From positions 1 through 64,000 of the IMG/VR virus record IMGVR_UViG_3300029880_000008: a stretch of 64,000 nt of DNA; one strand, 5' to 3'. The notes under the pieces are model-generated. The model had not been told where the DNA came from and searched no databases. It saw nothing but the letters and a program-made list of their open reading frames with translations. Each line of letters starts with the position of its first letter. Positions within the stretch are counted from its first letter, which is position 1. Below, in pieces: positions 35,349 to 43,899 of the stretch. The translations under genes and the position numbers were made by a program. Source of the DNA: a virus.

Positions 35349-35618
35349 CTAGAGATTGTACACCGGACTTTCTGAAGCACACAGAATCGTAGGACCGGTG
35401 AGGATGGAGAACGCACAAGGGTCGAAACTATCGACTTTCTTCATGCTCTCTATCTTCTTCTGTACTACATCACGTATGGATGACAGATTAAGTCTGCCGT
35501 CGATAGGCATAATAGAATCCATGCCCACCATTTCCACAACGCTCACCTCATCGGTGAATCTCATGTTCACAAGGTCAAACTTGTTAATCTTATGATAAAA
35601 CTGAATCCACTTGCTCAT
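35349..35618 (-). CDS. Hypothetical early protein
   Basis: 89-aa ORF with the cassette upstream. Confidence 0.5.
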   Translation of the reverse strand: MSKWIQFYHKINKFDLVNMRFTDEVSVVEMVGMDSIMPIDGRLNLSSIRDVVQKKIESMKKVDSFDPCAFSILTGPTILCASESPVYNL

Positions 35619-35667
35619 AATTCTACATTTTTGGTTTATAGGAGAGGGAGAAATAACTCCCTCAATT

Positions 35668-35955
35668 TCAGGCTATGTACTTCTTGAGAAATTCTGCGAG
35701 CTTATTGTATTCATCGTCAATTTCCTCCTTGTTATCCACATGAAAGAAATTTGCGGTACAGCTGTCTTTTATGTTAGCCGTGCCATCAAAAAAGACAGCA
35801 GCATGAGCAGACATAGAGCCAGTGTCGCCGTCTAATCTGACAGTAAGGCTCACACCTGGCAGATTCTCTGCCAAATCTCTCTGAATTTCCTGCAACTGCG
35901 GTAGGATGGTAGAACGTATGTACTCTACATTCTCCTTGTATTCTTCATCTATCAT
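35668..35955 (-). CDS. Hypothetical early protein
   Basis: 95-aa ORF with the cassette upstream. Confidence 0.5.
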   Translation of the reverse strand: MIDEEYKENVEYIRSTILPQLQEIQRDLAENLPGVSLTVRLDGDTGSMSAHAAVFFDGTANIKDSCTANFFHVDNKEEIDDEYNKLAEFLKKYIA

Positions 35956-36007
35956 AATCTATAATTTTTGGTGAATAATTGTATGCGTGACAATCGCCAC
36001 GCACATT

Positions 36008-36184
36008 TCAGCTCATGCACAATACTGCAATCTCAGAGAAGCTCTTGGAAATAGCCTCCTTGCTACGATAATCTCTGTAGCCTCTGGTATTATTATTGTG
36101 CCACTGGCGTGCAGCAATCTTGATCTTCTCCATCTCATGCATAAGCGCACGCTCAAAATTCTTCTGTGATTTTCTGTCTAACAT
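36008..36184 (-). CDS. 58-aa basic early protein
   Basis: Hand translation: MLDRKSQKNFERALMHEMEKIKIAARQWHNNNTRGYRDYRSKEAISKSFSEIAVLCMS. Cassette upstream. Confidence 0.45.
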   Translation of the reverse strand: MLDRKSQKNFERALMHEMEKIKIAARQWHNNNTRGYRDYRSKEAISKSFSEIAVLCMS

Positions 36185-36207
36185 AATTCTTTTGCTTAAT
36201 TGGTTAT

Positions 36208-36574
36208 ATTATCGTACTGCCTAGATTTCTCCAAGCAGAATTTAGCTAAATGTTTCCAAGCACAATTATCGTACTTTCCAAATCTGTCACGCTCCAGGCA
36301 GGATGAAATTCTCCAAGCGGAGCGTGGATCGCCACATCTCTCTGAAGAACCACCTGCCAATTATCGTACTGCTCCAGAATATTCCAAGCACAATTCCCCA
36401 AAATATTCCAAGCAGAATAATGGCAATATTCGTACTTGCTAAACACAACAGAGCAGGAACGCTCTGAATAAATCCAAGCACAATTATCGTACTTGAATAA
36501 ATAATCTGTCTTGCTTTCATATCTATATTTTTTTTGGTAATTGTTCCGTAGCCACGCACGACAATTATCGTACT
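36208..36574. repeat. Irregular array of ATTATCGTACT / CCAAGCA(C/G)AAT repeats
   Basis: ATTATCGTACT at 36208, 36265, 36360, 36483 and 36564. Variant ATATTCGTACT at 36426. One outlier at 35324. The longer unit CCAAGCACAATTATCGTACT occurs at 36257 and 36474. Partial CCAAGCA(C/G)(A/G)A copies lie near 36231, 36314, 36384 and 36409. Confidence 0.7.
36287..36520 (-). CDS. Possible 77-aa hydrophobic protein overlapping the repeat array
   Basis: Cassette-associated Met: MKARQIIYSSTIIVLGFIQSVPALLCLASTNIAIILLGIFWGIVLGIFWSSTIIGRWFF... The competing frame 36246..36596 has no cassette. Confidence 0.4.
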   Translation of the reverse strand: MKARQIIYSSTIIVLGFIQSVPALLCLASTNIAIILLGIFWGIVLGIFWSSTIIGRWFFREMWRSTLRLENFILPGA

Positions 36575-36592
36575 GGCTACAGATTTTTAGGC

Positions 36593-36727
36593 TCACGCCA
36601 CGCAGAATAATGTAAGCACACCATTCTTTAGCGACCCGAATTCTACGTGACTCAAAATCTCCTGAGCATCTGCAATGATACTCTCAACCTCGCACATATC
36701 GAGGCATTTAACTCTTAGCGTACTCAT
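36593..36727 (-). CDS. Possible 44-aa peptide
   Basis: Hand translation: MSTLRVKCLDMCEVESIIADAQEILSHVEFGSLKNGVLTLFCVA. Cassette upstream. Confidence 0.35.
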   Translation of the reverse strand: MSTLRVKCLDMCEVESIIADAQEILSHVEFGSLKNGVLTLFCVA

Positions 36728-36776
36728 AATTCTAATATTTTTGGTTATTGTTCCCTACACGCGTAGGGAGATTAGG

Positions 36777-36935
36777 CTACAATATATCGAAAGAAGAATA
36801 TAGCTCCTCTTTCTCTTCTTCTGTTTCCGGCTCTTCTGTAATATAGGACCATCCTTTTTCGTCTTTAACATATCCAAGAAACTCCATATCTTCGTCTGAG
36901 CGGTTTGCCGTAACATAATGCTTGATAATTTTCAT
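36777..36935 (-). CDS. Possible 52-aa acidic peptide
   Basis: Hand translation: MKIIKHYVTANRSDEDMEFLGYVKDEKGWSYITEEPETEEEKEELYSSFDIL. Cassette upstream. This is the first cassette gene of the array. Confidence 0.4.
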   Translation of the reverse strand: MKIIKHYVTANRSDEDMEFLGYVKDEKGWSYITEEPETEEEKEELYSSFDIL

Positions 36936-36999
36936 AATTCTATATTTTTATTTGGTTTGTAATTGTAGAGCGGAGATTTCTCCCCGCCCCGTTAGCCAG

Positions 37000-37625
37000 G
37001 ATGCGCATCTTTGCACCACGTTTTATCTTTATCGTCTTAACTACGTGGCTCACACCCTACAGATTTTATGCTTCTGCCAGCAACTTGTTTATTTCTGAGG
37101 AGATAAATATCTCGCACGGATGACAAGCAACCGCTTTCAGTCAGCGTGGATAGTGTGCGCCTTGATACGCTGCAAATCGTGATTGCACACACAATTGATT
37201 CTCGGGTAACCAGCCCGACCGGACAATTCCAAACCGGTAGAATATGAATTATGATTTATCCGTCCGTTATCTCGCTAGATAACTGCACAGCTACGGCTCT
37301 TACTCTTTCCACGTGCCTCATCTCATTCGGTATCGTGGTGGCTCTGTGCTCTCTCGCTACCCTCGACGGGATTTCTCGCCCGCCTTTCTGTATCACTACA
37401 GATTCGTTTGCCGGATAGCTCTCTGAAATTTTGACAATAAATCCCCTGAGGGAGAATAAATTCTCTCTCTGGAATAATACCAAAATTTCTGTTTTGTTCC
37501 CTTATGCGGCACCGACCCGCAAATGTACGCTTAAACGTGATAGGAAAAATAAGGGTACGACGACCCGCTCCAAGTTGAAAAACCTGGAGTAAAATTTCCC
37601 ACTGGCTACCGGTCAGATAGTCAGC
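37000..37625. ncRNA. Second ORF-poor, structured non-coding region (leader or ncRNA candidate)
   Basis: About 625 nt between the terminator of the first leftward gene and the first cassette. Local helices include GAGATAAATATCTC, ACCGG..CCGGT, GCGGCACCGACCCGC and CTCCAAG..CTGGAG. The only ORF (37256..37483) lacks a cassette. Confidence 0.35.
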
Positions 37626-37634
37626 GGGAAAAAC

Positions 37635-37666
37635 TAGATAGCTAGATTTCTCTAGCTATCTGTTTT
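37635..37666 (-). terminator. Intrinsic terminator after the 37674..38195 gene
   Basis: AGATAGCTAGA-GAAA-TCTAGCTATCT on the minus strand, followed by AGTTTTTCCC. An A-run lies on the other side, so it may act in both directions. Confidence 0.75.
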
Positions 37667-37673
37667 GTGTTGC

Positions 37674-38195
37674 TTACTTTTGCGCTGCTGCAAGTTTAGC
37701 TTGCAACTCTGCAATTTGTTTCTGTAAATCTGTAATAGACTCAGATTTTTTCTTTGCTACCTTTGCACCGCTTGAAAATGCTTGGTGCAAAGAACACAAC
37801 TTTGAACCCAAACGCTGCAAACTATCTATAATAGTGGTTTGCGTATCTTTGCCGTTATCATCAAACCACTTAAAGAAATTAGGTAGTTTATGTTTGCGGG
37901 AAAACTCGCTAACAGCAGAGCGCACACACTCAGTTTGCAAATTGCAGTAGCTTTTGTCTGAAAGTACGTAATTTGTTGCTAACTTATTGTACTTCGCGCG
38001 TGCTTTCTCTAGTTCTTTCTTTGCGCTTACTACTTCGTTATCAGTACACTCGCTTAATAGCTTTTTGCGGTAACTATTAAGTACTTCTAAACTCTGCGCT
38101 AAGACTGCGCTACCTTTGCACTCGGCTACATAACTAGCAACCTTAGTACTTACGTGCTCGTAGCCTTGAGCACCTTTTATTTCTAAATCTTTCAT
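37674..38195 (-). CDS. Hypothetical protein, first gene of the leftward early transcript
   Basis: 173-aa ORF about 60 nt downstream of the promoter box at 38255. The C-terminus is coiled-coil (LQKQIAELQAKLAAAQK). Confidence 0.6.
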   Translation of the reverse strand: MKDLEIKGAQGYEHVSTKVASYVAECKGSAVLAQSLEVLNSYRKKLLSECTDNEVVSAKKELEKARAKYNKLATNYVLSDKSYCNLQTECVRSAVSEFSRKHKLPNFFKWFDDNGKDTQTTIIDSLQRLGSKLCSLHQAFSSGAKVAKKKSESITDLQKQIAELQAKLAAAQK

Positions 38196-38254
38196 ATCTA
38201 AATTGTTTAAATGTTACTTATAGGATAGTGTCCTATCTCTTTCTTTTTGTACTG

Positions 38255-38262
38255 CAAAGGTA
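38255..38262 (-). promoter_or_regulatory. Bacteroidota -7 promoter box TACCTTTG (leftward early promoter)
   Basis: Plus strand reads CAAAGGTA. It lies upstream of the 38195 start. Confidence 0.55.
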
Positions 38263-38418
38263 CGAAAATTTATTGAAAAAAGCAAATTTTTTATGTTAAA
38301 AATCGACCTTTAAAGATATTATAACATATTGATATATAGATAGTTATGGTTTTAACACTTTGTGGCAAAGTATTAATATGTTACGTTTTACTTTCGTATA
38401 TCCAACTACATAATCACT

Positions 38419-38440
38419 AAATGTTAAGATTTTAACATTT
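38419..38440. promoter_or_regulatory. Perfect 9-bp inverted repeat AAATGTTAA-GATT-TTAACATTT (operator candidate)
   Basis: Located between the divergent promoters. Extra half-sites (ATGTTAA, TTAACA, ATGTTAC, ATGTAACA) lie at about 38286-38470. Confidence 0.45.
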
Positions 38441-38979
38441 AACCAGTGCGTTATTATGTAACATTTTTTTTGGTCAAGAAATTTGTAATAAACTTTGATG
38501 TTTCACGAAATAGTAATAATGCATATTTATGCAAGAAAATGAATATAAACAAAATCATAAAGTATTGATTATTAAGGGGTTACATAAATTTTTTATAAAT
38601 ATAAACCGACAATTTGAAATAATTACAAAAATATTGTTTTACGATGGTTTTCACTATATAAACCGACACAAAATGTAATAATTTCAGAAGAAACACCCCC
38701 ACACCCCCTTTATAGCTATAAATCAGCGCGGTAGTCACCTCATCTAAAAATTTTTTCTTCCGATTTTTCAGCCTTTTTGTAAAGTTTAATTACTTTCCTC
38801 CATAAAGAATAATTATGCATATTCATTCATCCGTTATTTATTAACATTTGATAGCATAAACTCTTACTTTGCAGACCAAACCATAAATGTATACCTATCC
38901 TTCATTTAATGTATACCTAAAATGTATATTTATACCCTTTATTTACTAGGGTTTTACCGGATATTCAGGATATTATCTG

Positions 38980-38987
38980 TATCTTTG
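38980..38987 (+). promoter_or_regulatory. Bacteroidota -7 promoter box TATCTTTG (rightward replication operon)
   Basis: Lies about 130 nt upstream of the 39115 ATG and is preceded by TATTCAGGAT at 38962. Confidence 0.5.
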
Positions 38988-39114
38988 TATTGTCGATATT
39001 TTATAGACGACATGTTGTAAGGACGACCTGACACGTGTTATCCTTCAGAAAGCCCCTGTTTATCGGGGGTTATCCTACACAATAACGGAAAATTAATATT
39101 ATTATTGTACATAA

Positions 39115-40677
39115 ATGGAAAATGGTATTGCTATAGACACATTGCACGCTCAGCTGCTTGACCTTTCGAGGCATGACGAGTACGGCTTCGAAGAGCTCCG
39201 TTGTCAGGACTGGGGTAAGGCGAACTCTGAGAAGTACAACAAGCTGAAGTCCAATTTCATCAGGTCCATGAGACGTCTGGCGAAGAAGGCTCCGGTGAAG
39301 TACTACAACGGTGCTTACTACATGTTTAACGGCAAGATATACGAAGCTGTTCCGAAGATAGTCCTTGAGCAGGCTTACCAGCTGTTGCTTCTTGACCTGG
39401 CCATGGCTCCGATGCTCGGCATCAGTACGGTGATGAACAAGTCATTCATGGAGGTGATAGAGTGCTACAACATACTGAGACCTACATTCGATATCGTTGC
39501 ATTCGCCAACGGAGTTGTTGACTTCGGCAGCGGGTTGAAGTATCCGAACGTTATGCCATTCTCTCCCGAGTACCATGTCACATACTATCATCCTTACGAC
39601 TACAATCCGAAGGCGAAGTGCGACAGGTGGATGAACTTCATCAAGGAGGTCCTTCCGGACAGGACGTCAAGGATGATCCTACAGATGTTCCTTGGTCTCG
39701 GTCTCATACAGAGAGGTACTGCATACAATCCGTACGAGGGGAAGGAATCATCGAAGATTGAGCTCTGCCTTCTCCTTATAGGTACGGGAGCCAACGGAAA
39801 GAGCGTCATCTTCGACGTTGCCTGCAACATATTCGGCAAGGACAGGATAAGCAAGATGGACTACGCTGACCTCACTGCCGACGGCGACGAGGGAATGAGG
39901 GGAAGGTATCCAATAAGGAACGCCATCTTCAACTGGTCTTCCGATTCCGACCCGAAGAAGTTCGGAAGGAAGAACACCGGTATGTTCAAGAGACTCGTGA
40001 GCGGTGAGCCCGTCCCGATGAGAAAGCTCGGCAGGGATATCCTGGAGGGGAACTCAATCCCCTACCTCATCTTCAACCTCAATGAGCTTCCGTTCCCAGA
40101 CGATGCTTCGCTCGGATTCATCAGACGCTTGCAGTACGTGAGCTTCGATGTCACCATCCCTAAGGAGAGGCAGGACCCGGATCTTGCGAGCAAGATCATC
40201 CGTGAGGAGCTGAGCGGAGTGTTCAACTGGATATTCCGTGGCGCGATGGAGCTGAGGAGCAGGAAGTACAGGTTCCCGGCAGCTGAGGGCAGCAGGAGAC
40301 AGCTGCTTATCTCCCTTCTCGGAAGCAATCCTATCTATGCCTGGATAAGGGCGTATGATATGAGGTGCAGCCAAGAGGCGAGGGGCGAGATTTCGGAATG
40401 CATGCTTGCCAAGGAGATGTACGAGAGATTCGTCGAGTTCTGCAAGGCCAACGATGTCGAGGAGAAGGATATCCCTACGATCCAGAAGTTCGGGCGTGAT
40501 ATGAGCGACAAGTACGGCTTCTTCAAGAAGAGGTCACAGGGCGGAATGACCTATCAGGTGTACGGCGCGCAGATGATTGACCTGAAGCAGGAGCTTCTCA
40601 TCAATGACGTGAAGAATAAATTGCGTGGTGAGGAGGACATCAAGCAGCCTGAGAGCTTCATTCAGCCTGATGATTAA
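39115..40677 (+). CDS. D5/P4-type primase-helicase (SF3 NTPase)
   Basis: Walker A LLIGTGANGKSV and Walker B-like PYLIFNLNELP. 520 aa, typical of phage/plasmid primase P4-family C-terminal domain proteins. Confidence 0.75.
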   Translation: MENGIAIDTLHAQLLDLSRHDEYGFEELRCQDWGKANSEKYNKLKSNFIRSMRRLAKKAPVKYYNGAYYMFNGKIYEAVPKIVLEQAYQLLLLDLAMAPMLGISTVMNKSFMEVIECYNILRPTFDIVAFANGVVDFGSGLKYPNVMPFSPEYHVTYYHPYDYNPKAKCDRWMNFIKEVLPDRTSRMILQMFLGLGLIQRGTAYNPYEGKESSKIELCLLLIGTGANGKSVIFDVACNIFGKDRISKMDYADLTADGDEGMRGRYPIRNAIFNWSSDSDPKKFGRKNTGMFKRLVSGEPVPMRKLGRDILEGNSIPYLIFNLNELPFPDDASLGFIRRLQYVSFDVTIPKERQDPDLASKIIREELSGVFNWIFRGAMELRSRKYRFPAAEGSRRQLLISLLGSNPIYAWIRAYDMRCSQEARGEISECMLAKEMYERFVEFCKANDVEEKDIPTIQKFGRDMSDKYGFFKKRSQGGMTYQVYGAQMIDLKQELLINDVKNKLRGEEDIKQPESFIQPDD

Positions 40678-40697
40678 CGGTTATAAAACAGATTTCT

Positions 40698-40904
40698 ATG
40701 ATAGACAAGGAATATATCAAGGAGATTATATCCCGTATCACGAAGAAGAAGGCTGATGGGAATATTGTTCCGGCCACCGCTTCGATGCAGGAGATTATGA
40801 TTGCTGTCCGCGATGATGCCCTGGAGTGCATGAGGATCATGTGCAACGATAAGGAGATTGTGGTGAACAGAACGTTGAACAGTGTTTCATTCAAGTGCCT
40901 ATGA
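40698..40904 (+). CDS. Hypothetical small protein
   Basis: 68-aa ORF in operon context. Confidence 0.5.
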   Translation: MIDKEYIKEIISRITKKKADGNIVPATASMQEIMIAVRDDALECMRIMCNDKEIVVNRTLNSVSFKCL

Positions 40905-41122
40905 GAAGACATCACAATCCGAACAAGGTTCCACCGTTCAAGCCAGACCCCGAGCATTGGACTAGAAAGGTTCATTCATGGAAGGCGAAGGTCGTATACG
41001 AGACTGAGGATGATGCTTGGGAGTTTCTGAATCAGATTCCGAGGTTGAAGGCACTTGGCTGGCACCCTTACTTATGCAAGGTTTGCTCAAAGTGGCATAT
41101 TGGTAGGTTACATAATAAATAG
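40895..41122 (+). CDS. Small basic protein with a C-terminal CxxCxxWH motif
   Basis: 75-aa ORF ending in PYLCKVCSKWHIG. Confidence 0.5.
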   Translation: MPMRRHHNPNKVPPFKPDPEHWTRKVHSWKAKVVYETEDDAWEFLNQIPRLKALGWHPYLCKVCSKWHIGRLHNK

Positions 41123-41129
41123 TTGAGAT

Positions 41130-41591
41130 ATGGAAATTAGAGTTAACGTTTTAGGAAAGGTCTCATACATACAAGGAGAAAGTAGGGATAATAAGGCGAA
41201 AGCCGAACTATACACATCAGGAGAGGGTGTGTATGCTGTAATGGATGGAGACGATTTCGTGTGTCTAAGAGTTGTGTCTTCCAAGATTCATGATGATACA
41301 AAAGGCGATTATTATGCATGTGTAGAAGAAAACTGGACGCATGCAAAAATCGCAAACTCTATAAACGTTATAGAGCACGAAGAAAGATTGAAGGATTATA
41401 TAGACAAGCGTTTCGGTGAGCTGCAATCAGCTATCGAAAACACGATGAGTAGTGCAGATAGCATAAATGATGCAGTATGCTCTATAAAGAGTTCCATTGA
41501 CAAGATAGAGAAAGATGGTGTTGGTAGTGGAAAAGGTATCAGCGAAAAGACATTGTTGTCTGCCATCGAGATTGTCTCCAAACAGAAATAG
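41130..41591 (+). CDS. Hypothetical protein
   Basis: 153-aa ORF. Confidence 0.55.
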   Translation: MEIRVNVLGKVSYIQGESRDNKAKAELYTSGEGVYAVMDGDDFVCLRVVSSKIHDDTKGDYYACVEENWTHAKIANSINVIEHEERLKDYIDKRFGELQSAIENTMSSADSINDAVCSIKSSIDKIEKDGVGSGKGISEKTLLSAIEIVSKQK

Positions 41592-41599
41592 TTGAGAAT

Positions 41600-42004
41600 A
41601 TGAAGAAGAAAGGATATTACGAATACGACCCTGTTATCTATCCGAGATTGTTATGTGTCGCTATTGGCATGAGCCAAGAAGACGCTAATAAGTGTTTTGA
41701 AGGTAGAGATGGCGAGGTTTTGAAGGTTGATTTCTCTAATTCTGACGCAATAACCTACGATACAGTTAGAGAAAAGGAGAATAAGAGGCTTTGTTCATTT
41801 ATTAATTTTGCAAGCAAGGATTCTATGAGAATGGGAGTTTGTTGTCATGAGGCTTCTCACGCATGCGATGTCATCGAGGATGATATTGGTATGGAACATG
41901 GCGGCGAGCCTTCTGCCTATCTGATAGGTTGGATTGCGTCTTGCATCAACAAGGCTCGTTTGGGTATTGGTGATTTTGTTGAAATTAAAGATAAGGAGGA
42001 ATAG
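41600..42004 (+). CDS. Small protein with an HExxH motif (possible zinc metallopeptidase)
   Basis: CCHEASHACDVIEDDIGMEHGGEPSAY. The call rests on this motif alone. Confidence 0.4.
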   Translation: MKKKGYYEYDPVIYPRLLCVAIGMSQEDANKCFEGRDGEVLKVDFSNSDAITYDTVREKENKRLCSFINFASKDSMRMGVCCHEASHACDVIEDDIGMEHGGEPSAYLIGWIASCINKARLGIGDFVEIKDKEE

Positions 42005-42007
42005 CTT

Positions 42008-42334
42008 ATGGATAAAAACGAGAAATTAAAACTTGGTGACATTTGCCTTGCGCCAAAAGAGTTTTTTATAAATAATTCCGATGGAAAGCTAAAGCAGAAA
42101 ATAGAAAGTTATGCGGAAGTCAGAAAAGATGGCATGGTTATGTGCGCGGTTGTTGAGGATGTAAATTCAGTTTTCCCCAATGAATCATTATATACAATCG
42201 CTGTGAAACAAAAACAATTTGCACCTCCAATTAGGGTTTGTGTCAGTAAGGATTATAACCTTGATTGTTTTGAATTGCTTTCTGAAAAAGAGATGAAAGT
42301 TGCTGGTTTACTTTGGTTTTGTTATGGTGTTTAA
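42008..42334 (+). CDS. Hypothetical protein
   Basis: 108-aa ORF. Confidence 0.5.
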   Translation: MDKNEKLKLGDICLAPKEFFINNSDGKLKQKIESYAEVRKDGMVMCAVVEDVNSVFPNESLYTIAVKQKQFAPPIRVCVSKDYNLDCFELLSEKEMKVAGLLWFCYGV

Positions 42335-42352
42335 TATAGAAGGAAATAGCTT

Positions 42353-43021
42353 ATGATTAAGAAAGAAGATATTAAGATAGGATTAGAGTTTGCTCTTCCG
42401 TTCAGAGTGAGAGAATACGAAGAAGAGGTGGAAAGATTTCGTCATTATCAAATAATGGGCGAAGACTACCCTGTATTCCCAATGTACAAAACAGATTTAG
42501 AGATTCGTGGTGGATTTAAAATCATTACAACCCCAACCCGTCCTATTTTTAAGGTTATAGATAGTCCGATTTGGTGTTTTATTCCTTCCATTGACAATTC
42601 TTGTTGTTTATTTGTAAAAGTAACTTGTGACGAGATTAAAAACGAGGTCTTCATGCTTTCAGTTAAAGATATTATGAAACGTGGAGAAATTTTGAATAAA
42701 GAAAATCTTGAACCAAAGATACACGAGTGTTCATCTGCTGAAGATGCTAAAACATTCAAGTCTATCACCGACAAGATGAGTGATACCTACAAGCGTAAGA
42801 ATCACGATTATGGGAATGCTTTTTCCGAAATGTATGATGAGCTTGGTATCAACTACGGCTACGGAAAGATACGAGAGAAGGTGAATCGCATCAAGACGCT
42901 GAAGGACAATGAGGCGCAAGTTGCTAATGAACCATTGGAAGATGCTCTTCTTGACTGCGCTAACTATTGTATCTTGACATTGATGGAATATCAAAAACGT
43001 AAGGAACATGGAACAGACTGA
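42353..43021 (+). CDS. Hypothetical protein with a DUF1599-like C-terminal domain (tentative)
   Basis: C-terminus: YKRKNHDYGNAFSEMYDELG...GKIREKVNRIKTL...EDALLDCANYCIL. The domain name is from memory. Confidence 0.45.
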   Translation: MIKKEDIKIGLEFALPFRVREYEEEVERFRHYQIMGEDYPVFPMYKTDLEIRGGFKIITTPTRPIFKVIDSPIWCFIPSIDNSCCLFVKVTCDEIKNEVFMLSVKDIMKRGEILNKENLEPKIHECSSAEDAKTFKSITDKMSDTYKRKNHDYGNAFSEMYDELGINYGYGKIREKVNRIKTLKDNEAQVANEPLEDALLDCANYCILTLMEYQKRKEHGTD

Positions 43022-43151
43022 TTACACTTGCAAGGATTGCTTTTTCTTCAAGAATGGAGCTTGTAACCACCCTAATGAGATTAGGTTTACTTCTGAGGAG
43101 AATCCATCTTGCACAGATTTCGAGTATAAGGAAATAAAAGTTGAACTTTAA
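43008..43151 (+). CDS. 47-aa Cys-rich peptide
   Basis: Hand translation: MEQTDYTCKDCFFFKNGACNHPNEIRFTSEENPSCTDFEYKEIKVEL. Overlaps the upstream stop. Confidence 0.4.
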   Translation: MEQTDYTCKDCFFFKNGACNHPNEIRFTSEENPSCTDFEYKEIKVEL

Positions 43152-43163
43152 AATATTGTTATC

Positions 43164-43715
43164 ATGGCATTACCATTTGGAAAGACTATCAAGACAAGAC
43201 ACTTCACCGTGCTGAAGTTCAGCAAGAGCTTGTCTAAGAAAGAAGTTGCTTCACTCAGAGAGGATATTCCTGCTGAGATCAAGAAGCATTTACAGAGAGG
43301 TTCGCTGCCTTTCATTAAGATTGCTAACATTGCCGGAACATGGGGAATCGAGTACTCTATCGGTACATCAATGTATGCTGCACTCGATGAATGTGTTCCT
43401 GTGGCTGTAGGAGACCATTATGAGTTCTCCAAGGATGATGGAAACATCATCGAGGCATTTGCCCAGCTTATGTATGCGGATACATCGTTGCCTGGCGATG
43501 CAGAATACACGGCAGGTAAGTTGAAACTCCGTGACGAATACATTTCTCGTGAGGCTGCAAGAAGAAACGCTGCTGCCGACGAGGGTAAGACAGAAGAGCA
43601 GCTTCGCAAGGAGAGCGATGAGGCCGTACAGGAAGTCATCGACCGCGATAAGCACGCCGAGACTATTCTTAAGATGGCAGAGCAGATTAAGAAGGAAGGA
43701 GGCAAGGATGAGTGA
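43164..43715 (+). CDS. Hypothetical protein
   Basis: 183-aa ORF. Confidence 0.55.
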   Translation: MALPFGKTIKTRHFTVLKFSKSLSKKEVASLREDIPAEIKKHLQRGSLPFIKIANIAGTWGIEYSIGTSMYAALDECVPVAVGDHYEFSKDDGNIIEAFAQLMYADTSLPGDAEYTAGKLKLRDEYISREAARRNAAADEGKTEEQLRKESDEAVQEVIDRDKHAETILKMAEQIKKEGGKDE

Positions 43716-43899
43716 TAAATTGCTTGAGGTCGTTCAAGACCATACTTCCCTAGTACAGGCACTTCAGCTCGTTTTGGAGGCCGCAGAGACGAAGAAACTG
43801 CCATCATACGGCATTCTTCCTATGTTTAACGACCCTCTTCTTGATGATCAGGTAATAACTGCGCTTGAGCTCATCACTGGAGAGAAGTATCCTGATTGA
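43708..43899 (+). CDS. Hypothetical small protein
   Basis: Track ORF 43531..43899 trimmed to MSDKLLEVV, with an ATGAGTGA overlap onto the upstream stop. Confidence 0.45.
   Translation: MSDKLLEVVQDHTSLVQALQLVLEAAETKKLPSYGILPMFNDPLLDDQVITALELITGEKYPD

Noticed and set aside
36208-36574. CRISPR array
   Set aside because: The repeats are only 11-20 bp and irregularly spaced (57-123 bp). They have no uniform spacers and no cas genes, and they overlap a cassette-preceded ORF. An iteron or operator array fits better.
36246-36596. 116-aa ORF (MSLKICSQYDNC...) across the repeat array
   Set aside because: It has no cassette at its start, and its apparent internal repeats simply mirror the DNA repeats. 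The alternative frame starting at the cassette-associated ATG (36520) is more consistent with neighbouring genes. Both remain uncertain.
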